A DNA stretch of 64,000 nucleotides from assembly GCA_002269645.1 (NCBI GenBank), contig NIVC01000016.1, positions 858,638 through 922,637 on the forward strand, read 5' to 3'. Position numbers and translations under genes: made by a program. The notes below the pieces were generated by a model, which saw only the letters and a list, made by a program, of their open reading frames with translations, had not been told where the DNA came from and made no database searches. Shown here one piece after another: positions 40,534 through 52,300 of the stretch (position 1 is its first letter; every line of letters starts with the position of its first letter). This stretch comes from Macrostomum lignano (taxonomy: Eukaryota).

Positions 40534-41722
40534 CGAGGGGCGTCCAGAAAGTAGTGTTACTTTTGCTTGGTGTGGACGTATGGACAGTCACACTTGCATG
40601 TGCTTGGTGTCATTTGAAAGCGGCAAGTCTCTTTTTTAAAATGACACCAATTGCAAGAGATTTAAATCTGTGCTTCAAGAGATATGGACGATTAAGTAGA
40701 GAAAGGTCAGTCATGGACTTACAGAACCTCAAAAATGTCAACAGAAACTTTTACGGGTTTATCGATTTTTTCGTAATCATGGGCTGTCTATGGCCAAATG
40801 TGATGCAGTGAACAAGAGGGGCTGTCTCAGAAAACTACGAGACTTGTAAAACTGATTCTGCTAGGCCTGAAAAGTTTATTGACATTCAATTTTCAATTGT
40901 GAACTGCAAATGGATGTGCATTCAAAGACTGGGCAGTGACATGCCATCTTTACACTTTGGAGCTCCAGAACCAAATTGGCTGACATCCACAGGCAACTTT
41001 GCACAGCTCATGGCGATCATGCTGTCAGCAAGATGACAGTAAGCAGGTGGGTGGGCGAGTTTCAGGCTGGAAGAACTGACGCGAGCAACATGCCAAGGTC
41101 CGGACGCCCTGCAATTTGCAACAGCAGCAGCCTGACGGATCGCATTCTCGACTTGATTGATGAAGACTGCCACCAGAGCATTCGTGAAATGGCCGATTGA
41201 TTGGATTGCCCGAAGTCGACAGTTCACGAGTGCCTGCCGAAGATGAATCACGTCAAGCTGAGTGCCTGTTGGGTACCACGATTGCTCACTGAGGTCATGA
41301 AGCTGGATTGCAAGCAGAAATGTGTGAATAACCTGGAGCTGGTCAATCAACATGGAGGATGGGAAGCCTTTCGAGAGCTGATCGTAACTGGCAACGAGAC
41401 ATGGGTGCAGGAGTCAATGGTTTGGACCGTCAGGGGATCTGAGGGCTTCTGTACTGTACTGTTGTGTTTTTTGTTTTTTTCTGGAATAATTACGCTCGTG
41501 ATGAAAGTTTTCTGTTGACATTTTTGAGGTTCTGTAAGTCTATGACTGACCTTTCTCTACTTAATCATCCATATCTCTTGAAGCACAGATTCAAATCTCT
41601 TGCAATTGGTGTCATTTTAAAGAAGAGACTTGCCGCTTTCAAATGACACCAAGCACATGCAAGTGTGACTGTCCATACGTCCACACCAAGCAAAAGTAAC
41701 ACTACTTTCCGGACGCCCCTCT
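40534..41722 (+). mobile_element. Internally deleted mariner-family DNA transposon with ~218-bp terminal inverted repeats
   Basis: TA then CGAGGGGCGTCC at the left end. TIRs ~40534-40751 and ~41504-41721 differ at about 6-7 positions. Internal transposase remnant. Confidence 0.88.
40920..41420 (+). pseudogene. Mariner transposase remnant
   Basis: HTH region (TVSRW..F..GR....PRSGRP), in-frame TGA at 41198-41200, WVPRLL motif, IVTGNETW (catalytic D changed to N). The rest of the DDD domain is deleted. Confidence 0.88.
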
Positions 41723-43147
41723 TGACGTATCTTGATTATTATGTTGTTATACTAGTAATGTCTTATACACCAAATTATGCTGAATTGAATACACTGCTTT
41801 CTTATATGTACACTACTATACAACAAAATATTAATCAGTATATATGAAAAGGTCTTAAAAATCTAGAATATTCATCATGAAACAAATAGCAATTTAAACA
41901 GTTAGTAATTTAACTAGACAAATAGTAAAAAGGCTATTTGTCCGGTCATTGCCTATTTTTTAAACTTAACCATCTTAGTATTTGCATAGCAAGTTGGTCA
42001 CTTCACTTAGATGGTATTTGTTTTAAGTGATGACCATAAAAATAACCGTCTTGCTATTTATATGGTCAGTGTAACAATAACAACTGCCAAAATCTTATTG
42101 GCTTAGAAAGGCTAAAATGATAAGGACTTAGATAAATTTTGTAAAAATATGCAAAGATTTATTGATAGAATGAGCTAAATGAGCTAGGCCCTATATAACT
42201 CAGAACTCAGAAAAAAAATATATAATCAAAGAGCAAAATATGCTAGGCCTAGCCTAGCCTAGAATTTGCTTTGGACAAAATCAAGAAAATTTAATAAAAT
42301 GGCAATTCTATTATTCTCCAAAAAGACCATATGACTAGGAGCTGAGCCTACAATTTTGTAATGAATTCTATCTACTACTCTCGTCTCTGATTGAAAAATC
42401 TTAAGTTAGATGCCATATGATAAGGTCTAACACAAACCAAAAGCCAAAATCCCATGGAAAATGTCCCCAGGTGGCTTATATTACAATATTACACGTGGAT
42501 GTGATCATATATAGACCTAAATTTTATGAAGGCTATTTTATGTTGTATATGTGACCATGACATAAGTGAAGTCCCATATAATAATGACCCGACTCAACAA
42601 TTCCAGGAAATTTCGGCATAAAAATTTGCCTTTTGTGAAACGGTTTCGCAATTCTATACGGCTTAGAAAGCCGAAAATGCACAAAAAACGGCTTAGTAAG
42701 CCAACTCAAGCCTAAATGCATGCCCTTTTTGGCATTCTAAGTCATCACATTTAAAATACATTTGGATAATTTCGTCATCATTCCGTCCGTCAGGCGTCAA
42801 CGGTATTGTGGACGACGGCCGGGTAATATTCTAATTCTAATAATACGGTTTTTAAAATCAACCTGAAATTATTTTATTCATTTATTTAAATTAATATCGA
42901 TTGTCTGGCATGCAAACCAAGTCTAATTTTTAAGATTAAAATAGCAGTTTTTGCAATTCATTTTTAAAAGTTGTTATTTAGTAGAAAATAAAAAATAACG
43001 TCTTGTTAAAGCTTATAAAGGTGTTCTACGAAAAAACGCACACGTTTAAATGAAATGCACATTGGAAATTCGATTAAGCATTAAGGATTCAAAAAGATTT
43101 ATGTAGAATTTTTTGGAACCGATTTTGCAATTTCAACTCTTATCCTA

Positions 43148-43315
43148 ATGCATATTAAGAAAATCGTTATTGAGGGTTTCAAATCCTATGCAACGCGCAC
43201 TGAAGTTGGTGTGTTTGATCCACAATTTAACGCCATTACTGGCTTGAATGGCAGTGGAAAGTCTAACATACTTGATTCGATATGCTTTCTTCTGGGAATC
43301 ACAAATCTAAGTCAG
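43148..43315 (+). CDS. SMC2: SMC2 exon 1 (Walker A)
   Basis: [29 protein letters not shown]. gtagga donor, 56 codons. Confidence 0.95.
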
Positions 43316-46300
43316 GTAGGAATAAAATTGCATAGTACCATAATATAGCATACTATATATTGATCCTGAGTCCACAAAAGTGTTTTTTTTTTCTGCACAT
43401 TTTAGCTTTTTATTCTATCTAACCCTCAATACAAATTATACAATGTTAGTTAGGCCTAGTGAAGATTTGGTCTAATGAATAAATCTGTGAATTACTTCTA
43501 AAGGATTATATATATTACATATAGGAACAGAATTCAAGCACAAAAATGTGAATGTGGCCAGGGGTGTAGCCAGGAATTTGAATTTCTCACAGGGGGATGC
43601 AGGGATATGAGTAGCTGCTGCTACTTATATTTGCTGGCCCAATAGGGCCTAGGCAGGTCACAGGAAAATTAAGCGCCATAAATCAAATATGTAGTTTCTT
43701 GGTAGCATTGAACGGCCAGTCAAGTTTCAAATTCTATGAAAATACCTATTCAAATTCACAATTTAATAAAAAATTAGAAAAAAAATATTTTTACTAAATG
43801 CTTAAGTAAATGAAAATCTTTTTGTCCTGCACTAGCATGCACTATGCTTTCCATAGTCAGAACCATTCTATTTTTTGTGCAATATATGCAAAATAAAATA
43901 ACAATGAGTGACTACACTTAAAGGAATTACAATAGAAGACTCATAGCAGTCTGATATAGTAAAAGTAAATGGCTCACAATTATAACAGCTGCAGGCACAT
44001 GTTGAAATGCTATGAATATTCTTCAACCACATGCTTGTATGGTAGTTGAATGTCTTTGTGCACTGACAGCATTGCAAGTCTATTTAGCTGGCTCTCATCT
44101 ATTTTTGACCTAGTATGCGTCTTCAAAAGACAAAGCACACTAAATGATCTTTCAACTGTGTAGGTTGTTACTGGGATGTGAGGGTTTTACGACAGATATT
44201 TAGACAGACATTCAAAACAATTCTCAAAATTGACCCACTTCAACCATGTTTTTGGAATATATTTATGCAAGTGTTGCGCGTCAAATAAGCTTTAATTTAT
44301 TTATTGAAGTAAAAATCTTTCCGAGATACATTGATTTAAAAATTGCTTAGCATCACTCTGATTAGACATTGCTTTACCATTGACTGAAATTGTTTCAATC
44401 ATAGCAGCCTAAAAGCAGATACTGGATTAAAAATGCTTCAATTTACTTTTTATGCATGTCTTAGCTTTAAAATGACACCTTAGGCATTGCAAAAGACAGC
44501 TTTGATGCTAAGATGTTCAACATTAAACATTGGTTTGTGCAAACTGACATTTAGAAATTTCACAGATTTTTTATCGATATTTATGCAGCTGCCATGTCCT
44601 TGTTTTTCATCAGAATCTTATCAAATTCTAGTCATGTCTATACGCATGTCTCAGCTTTAAAATGACACCCTAGGTGTTGCAAAAGACAGCTTTGATGCTG
44701 AGATATTTGGCACTAAACATTGCTTTGCTCAAACTCACATTTGGAAACTTCACTGATTTTTATTCAATATTTGTTTAGACATTTGCCTACTTCTCCATTT
44801 ATTAACCATCACATGGAGCCTTGTTAATGTACAAGTGTATTGTAGAATGCTTAAGGCAATTATTTTATCGATTTTATTGATCGCTTCTATTTTTAAACCT
44901 GGACTTCTCTTAAACTGTCTTTAGTATTTAATTTTTAAAGATTCCTGCCTTTATCTTGCATAGATCGTACCTCAGTCAGTGAGTCAGTGAGTGTACATTT
45001 GTATATATGGCAACCAATCATGACTTTTCAGCACTTTGCGGTTCAACAAAATATAGGAGAATACAAGAAACTTGTTCATTATGCAGCATTAACTTTTCTG
45101 CATCCTACAGATCAAGTGTCCATCATGCCTCTTTTGGCACTACAAAATCTGTTAGAACAGAGGCAAGAATGTCAACGTGTGTGCAACGTGCTGTGCCATT
45201 GACAAGTAAACTTGGAAATGCAGATCATAGAAGCCACTGTGCTTGTACTTATAATAATCTTTTTCCTAATGCCCTAACAATGTGCCTAATTTGCTTAATT
45301 GCAAAATTGCTTAAAATTCGTATTAATATTAATAATAATCATAATAATAATACCGAATAATGTTTGGATCACAATACTACACAATTTACAAAAATCAAAA
45401 AATAATTTTCTTAAGCATTCCACAATACACTTGTATTGTATGTTAGCAAGGCTTTATGTGATGGTTAATAAATGGAGAACAATAGTCTGAACAAATATTG
45501 AGTGAAGTTTCCTAATGTGAGTTTGAGCAAAGCAATGTTTAGTGTCAAATATATCAGCATCAAAGCTGTCTTTTGCAATGCCTAAGGTATCATTTTAAAG
45601 CTGAGACATGTGTATAGACATGACTAGAATTTGACGAGATTCTGATGAAAAACAAGGAATGGTAGCTGCACAAATATCGATAAAAATCAGTGAAATATCC
45701 AAATGTCAGTTTGCACAAAGCAATGTTTAGTGTCAAATATCTCAGCATCAAAGCTGTCTTTTGCAATGCCTAAGGTGTCATTTTAAAGCTGAGATATGCG
45801 TAAAGAGTAAATTGAAGCTTTCTTACCATCCCAGTGACAAGTGAGGGTTTCACAACAGATATTCAGACAGACATTCAAAATGATTGTCTGTAACTTTAAA
45901 CAAAAGTGACCAAAACAAAAGTACTGCATTTTTTAATCCAGTATCTGCTTTTAGGCTGCTACAATCAAAACAATTTCAGTCAATGGTAAAGCGATGTCTA
46001 ATCAGAGTGTTGCTAAGCAATTTTTAAATCAATGTATGTCAGAAAGATTTTTACTTCAGTAAATAAATTAAAGCTTATTTGATGCCCAACACTTGCGTAA
46101 ATATATTCCAAAAACATGGTTGAAGTGGGTCACTTTTGTTTAAAGTTACAGACGATCATTTTGAATATCTGTCTGAATATCTGTCGTGAAACCCTCACTT
46201 GTCACTGGGATGGTAAGAAAGATTGTCAGTAGGTCATGGATGTTTGGCCAAAGACCCTTATTGCAGCACTTTATTACGTCAGAGATGGTCATGGTATTTT

Positions 46301-49300
46301 GCTTAGCTAATGGCATATGTAGCATAGAGAAATTTTTCGTTCCTAAAATATGGAACATTTATTAATTTTTTCAAAATTTAAAATGCATTTAATGATATAT
46401 ACAAAAAGATAGTTATGACTTGTAATATTGGTTTGCAACTGTAGAGTCTGTAATAAAATAAGAAAAATTCTATACTAGATATTTTATAGAAATAGTAAAA
46501 GATGTGCCTAATATATATTTGAATTTATTTCAATAGTATTGATAATATATGGTAAAGCAATAATAATATTATATATCCATTTTAGGAAACTTGTAATGTA
46601 ATATTTATATCTGTATTATTAATTATTCAAAGATTTGCTAGTGTTTTAATGTTTAAAGAAAAGAGAAAGTACATCCTTTAAAAAACCTATTAAGTCAAAA
46701 AAGCTAAAAATAATTTCTTTTTTTATTATAAATCATAATTTAGTATCAAAATTATCTACCAACATTTTTGCTAGCACTAACTTTTGACACATTTTAATTG
46801 TCTTTAATTGTCTTTTTAGCATTGTTTGCATTGTTATAGCATTATTATAGTAATTATTATTAATCAACTATTATTTTCCTATGAATCCCATTTTTCTTTC
46901 TTATGCCCATCTATTTTTGTGCAATTTGACTATATATTTGAAACCTTGGGAATCACTTGGCCATTTCTATTGGAAAGATACACATGTAAGTCATTATTGG
47001 CTAAGAGTAATCATAGGACTAATATTCTGTCCAATTGTGACTTACATGTATGCAGTGTTGGGCACTGTTAATAAAAATCTTAACTTCTGTAAAAGTGTTA
47101 GCATTAAAGAAAAAAATATTAGTTAACTGATAATCATTAATAAGCATTAATCCATTAAAGTTAACACAGAAAATACACAAATCTTGCACTTTTTTTCCAA
47201 AACCAACTTCATAATACACTGTCTTTGCTTTTCCATCTTTTAAGCAAAACATAGAAGTCATTTAAAGGATTGTATTATTATTGTATTATTGTATTATTGT
47301 AATTGTATTACAATTAAAAAAACTTGTATGTATAATACTACTAATAATACTAAAATTAAGCATATGGTAAAAAGAGTAACTTATTTATTTGAAACTTTAA
47401 AGCTAATTAGTTAATAATAAAATCCAATAGCATTAGCAGGTGCAGTAGAAAGTTACGAAAGATTGTTAAAGAAGTGAATCAGAGCAATCAATGCTTATGT
47501 GAGAGCAATAAATTTCAAAATTTTAATTCATTATTAAAGTTTGATCATTAGTAAGAAGTGTTGTGTTGCGACACAGAAGTCTTATGTTTCCAGATGCTTG
47601 TATGGATATAGAGCAGCTGTGTAGTTATAAGTGCTCTTTAACACTCGTTTATTAGTCGTGTCCATAGAAATAAATCAAACACACAGAGAATGAGTCTATG
47701 AGTCTATCATAACATAACATCTCCCTTCTTCAGAGGGATTCCTATGTGTAAGTAAAATAAATCCTCTTTCCGGAAGTTCTGTTCTACACTAACACCTTTT
47801 CATTAGTCAATGTGCCTGAAATCGCACGACTAGCTTCATCACACGTCCACTCCGTGTTGTATAGCCATTTGTCATCTTAGGTGACTGACATTGTTGTGCA
47901 TTAGGTGCTTGTGCTGATGGTTTGCTGCCTATATTTTCCTCCACTGCTTTGTGCTTATCCGGTTGACTTTGAAAAGCTTTCAGTGGTGCGGTAGTTTCCT
48001 TTCTGAATGCGTCTTCAAGGGTTTCTCTTTGTGGAACAGCGATTTCTTCTGCTGCTCCAGTCTGTTGAGTCAAAAACGTTTTGTTCCGACGTAGTAGCTT
48101 TCCTTGTTCATCGCGAACTATATAAGAATGGTCATTCACTCTCATGTGCACTTCTGCTGGCTGCCATTGTCGTGTTGATTCTTGCATCCAAGCCTTTTCT
48201 CCACAACCAAATTCTCTCCTCTCCTTAGATCCATGGTTGTAATATTCTTCAGCCTTGTTCTGCTGGTCCTTTAGCTTCTGCAGTACTTTCCTGGACATGA
48301 CCTGTCTAGGAATTAGATCTGCTTTTGGGATCGGCAAATCATAGCGTAGTTTGTGTCCAAAGACTAGCTCAGTGGGTGATGGCATTCCATGCTCGATAGG
48401 AGTGTTCTTGTAATGTAGCAGTGCCATGTGCTCACCTTCATTGCTCTTCAGAACCTTCTTTAAAATATTCTTGATTGTTTGAACACCTCTTTCCGCTAAT
48501 CTGTTGGACTGGCTGTACTTCGGCGATGATGTAGCATGCTTGAAGCTGTACTCTTTCGCGAAACGACCAAATTCTCTTCCCGAGAATGGAGGTCCATTGT
48601 CAGATCTTAAAATCTCGCAAACTCCATAGGTCTGGTAATACTTCTTTAGTTGGGGAATCACAGAGGCAGCTGAAGTATTGTTGATCCTAGCGTATTCGAT
48701 CATCCGACTGTATTTATCAACATATATCAGGAAATTCTTCCCGTCAATATGGAAAATATCCGTGCCACATTCCTGAAATGGGTAGTCCGGTAGGCACTGA
48801 GCCACCATTGGTTCCTTCTGTGGCTTTCTTGGCTTTCCTGGCAGGCAATGCACGCTGAAGTCATTTCTTGAATATCACATCTAATTCCAGGCCAGTAGAC
48901 GCTCTCTGACGCCTTTAAGCTTGCCTTCACAATTCCAGGGTGTCCAGTATGCAGCTTCTGTAGCACTTCCATTCTCATTGAGTTTGGAACGACTATTCGG
49001 TTCTTCATCCAGATCAGATTGCCATGCGTAGTCAGATCATGTCTGACGTTCCAGAAACAACAAAGCTCAGTCACGAGCTGGCTTCTGTGGTGAGGCCAAC
49101 CAACACCGATGATCTCAGCGAGTTGTTGCAGTGTTGAGTCCTTTGCCATTTCATTTTCCAGTTTCTGCATCAGTTCTGGGAATCCAACCAACATTCTAAC
49201 ACCAAGCACGTGACCTTCGATGTCATCTTCGAGTTGTTTAGAGGCATGTACATTCTTTAAGAAAGTGTGGCTTAGAGTGTCTGGAATTTGCAAGTCTTTA

Positions 49301-52300
49301 CCGGGAACGTATATAATGTGCAGGTCGTACTTCTGAACTAGTAGCATCAGTCTCTGCAATCTTGCTGTAAGAGTTGAAATTGGCTTCTGGAAGATGTTCT
49401 CTAGCGGCTTGTGGTCGCTCTCGACCGTTACCTTGTGTCCCCAGACGTACTGGTGGAATCGCTTGCAGCCAAACACAATAGCCAAAAGTTCCTTTTCAAT
49501 CTGAGCATACTTCCATTGGGATGGCGTCAGTGATGACGAAGCGTATTCCAGCGGGTGTCCATCTTGCAGGATAGTTGCTCCGAGACCGTGTTGACTAGCA
49601 TCGACTGACAGAGTAAGTGGTGCATTCGGGTTATAGCGAGCTAAGACTGGTGCGTCGCAAAGACTCTGCAAAATTGATTTGTACGCTTTTTCGTGTTCAT
49701 TTGTCCAGTTCCACTGAGCATTCTTCATCAGCAATGTGCGTAGCGGTGCTGCCTTAGATGACAGATCCGAAATGAATTTGGACAAAAAATTTGCACATCC
49801 TAGAAATCGCATAAGTTGCTGCTTTCTCTCATTGCCGGATTGAGTATCTGGTCGGGGCATATCGCGCATTGCTTTTACTTTGTCTGGGTTGACTTTAATT
49901 CCAGTGTGTGAAAGTATGTTGCCGAGGAATTTCAACTCCTTCAATCCGACTTTCCGCTTTTTATAATTCAGGCGCAAATTCTTCGCACGGCACATTTCCA
50001 TAAGCTGCTTCACAGCTTCATCGTGTTCTTCAACAGTCTTGCCCCAAACAATGAAGTCGTCAATAAAATTGTTGCAGTTTCTGATCTTGTCCGAGATCTC
50101 CTCCCAAACTCGCTTCTGGTAGACTTCCGATGCGGAACAAATTCCATAGGGCATTCTCAGCCAACGATATTGTCCAAAAGGTGTGTGAAAGCACATCATC
50201 AACGAACTTTCATAATCCAATGCAATCTGGTGAAAACTCGCAGTCGCATCAAAAGTTGAGAACAGAGCAGCGTTTCTGATTTCTGCAATAATTTCGTCAT
50301 AAGACGGTATCTGATACTGCTCTCTCATTATGTTGGCATTCAGATGCTGAGGGTCTAGGCAAAGACGTATAGTCTTGTCTGCCTTCCAGACGACGACCAC
50401 ATTTGAAATGTACTTTGTGGGCTCATCACACTTGGTGATGAGTCCATCCGAAACTAGGCGATCTAATTCAGCCTTCAAAGGTTGCATTGCTGCAAACAGG
50501 ATTCTTTGAGGGCGATCTGTCCAAGATTCTTTGTCATCGTGCAGGCTGATGTGATAACTCCCAGGTAAGCAACCTGTTCCTTCAAAAACATCAGGATACT
50601 CTCGAAGAAATCTTTCATCTGTCCACGTGGACTTAAACCCTTCAAGTTGAACAGAAACTCCGAAGTTGAATTTCACCAGGCCTATCTCTTCTGCAGTTTT
50701 CCATCCGATGAGTGGAATGAGCCTCTCTTTAATCACAATAAATTCATTTTCATGCTTGACTCCTTCATATTCCAGTTTCAATTGTACCTTCCCTGCGACT
50801 GTTAGGCGCGACCTTTTATAGCAAAAGAGTCTGCAAGACGTTGCTTGTATCGAAGTGTTTGGTGCAATCCGCCTAAGCAGATGTTCAGGGAGTACATTTG
50901 CGTCCACTCCTGTGTCGCATTTGCAATTCACCAGCTGACCTTCGATTTTGATACCAACAGTTGTTCTACTGTCTCTGTCGTTGCCACCCAGTCGCAGAGA
51001 TGCTGACATGACCCACGAATCTTGACGATCAGATTCTGAGCTTTCATTTGTATTTCAATCCAAGGCTCTTACGGTCTTATTCCGACAAACGTTGCTGAAG
51101 TGGTTTTGCTTTCTGCAAGATTTGCACGTCTTGCCATATGCAGGGCATGAACCTTTCTTGTGTTTCTTACCACAGAATGAGCAACCCTCCGACTTTCCTA
51201 CCATCGGCTTTCCATTGGACCCAAACCTTTTGTTTGGTCGTCTCTCCTTGTATTTGAGATCTGGTCTGCCTGTTGAGCGAGGCTTCACAATAGAATTGAC
51301 TTCTCTCTGGATGTACTTCGAAATCTCTCCAGAGGTGTTTCCCATCATGATCCGCACTTGGGTCTTTGATGATTCACTTGCACGGCAGATAGATATAGCC
51401 TTATCTAGCGTCAACTCCTGCTCACGTAGAAGCCATTCTCGCAACTCTGTGTCTCTGATTCCGAGGACAATCTGATCTCTGATTATTGATTCGTTCACAG
51501 TCAATTCGTAGGCTGGCTTCTCAAATGAGCATGTCTTGATAAGTTGTTTCAGGCCGCTGACGAATGAGTCAATGCTCTCATGCTCGTTCTGCCTGCGTTG
51601 CCGAAATTTGTAGCGCTCGAAAGTTTTGTTCACACTCGGCTTGCAATATTCTTTGAACAGTTTCGTCACTTTCGACAGCTCTTCGTCTCCTTCCGATTTC
51701 TCGAAAGTTGAATAAATCTCACGACCTTCTTCTCCGATGGCTGTTAGCAGTGTCGCTATTTGCACTTTAGCCAGTGATTCGTCACGCTTGGTTGCAGTCA
51801 TATAGAGCTCGAATGCAGAAATCCATTTACTCCAGTTTTCCGCCTTGTGCTCATCAAAGCAGAATGGCTTTGGGGGTTTAAGCCTGCCATCCATTTGAAT
51901 CCAGATCCAGTTGAGCACAGTACTGCATTTGACAATTCAAATCCAGAGCTCTTCACAAGTGCACCTCTGACACCATGTTGTGTTGCGACACAGAAGTCTT
52001 ATGTTTCCAGATGCTTGTATGGATATAGAGCAGCTGTATAGTTATAAGTGCTCTTTAACACTCGTTTATTAGTCGTGTCCATAGACATAAATCAAACACA
52101 CAGAGAATGAGTCTATGAGTCTATCATAACATAACAAGAAGTTGTTACATTTGCATGATCATTGTCATAAACAGAGATTAATTAGGCATTTAGGTATATT
52201 TAAATACATTCGTAATGTTGTAACTTCTCTTCAGACATATTTTTGTTTTTTTCTTTGCATCTTTGGTCATTGACCTTGCCATTAACATTAATGATAAATT

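Larger units (their letters stand above)
47559..52136 (-). mobile_element. Full-length Ty3/gypsy LTR retrotransposon (Mag-like), 4578 bp, antisense in SMC2 intron 1
   Basis: 161-bp TG..CA LTRs with 2 mismatches, 5-bp TSD AGAAG (47554-47558, 52137-52141), PBS, PPT, domain order gag-PR-RT-RH-IN. Confidence 0.96.

Noticed and set aside
43557-43600. CAGGGGTGTAGCCAGGAATT as a MITE terminus
   Set aside because: It resembles common MITE ends, but no matching opposite end or TSD was found.
44987-47261. Short ORFs in AT-rich SMC2 intron 1
   Set aside because: They are under 120 aa, have no motifs, use intron-like composition and lie within decayed repeats.
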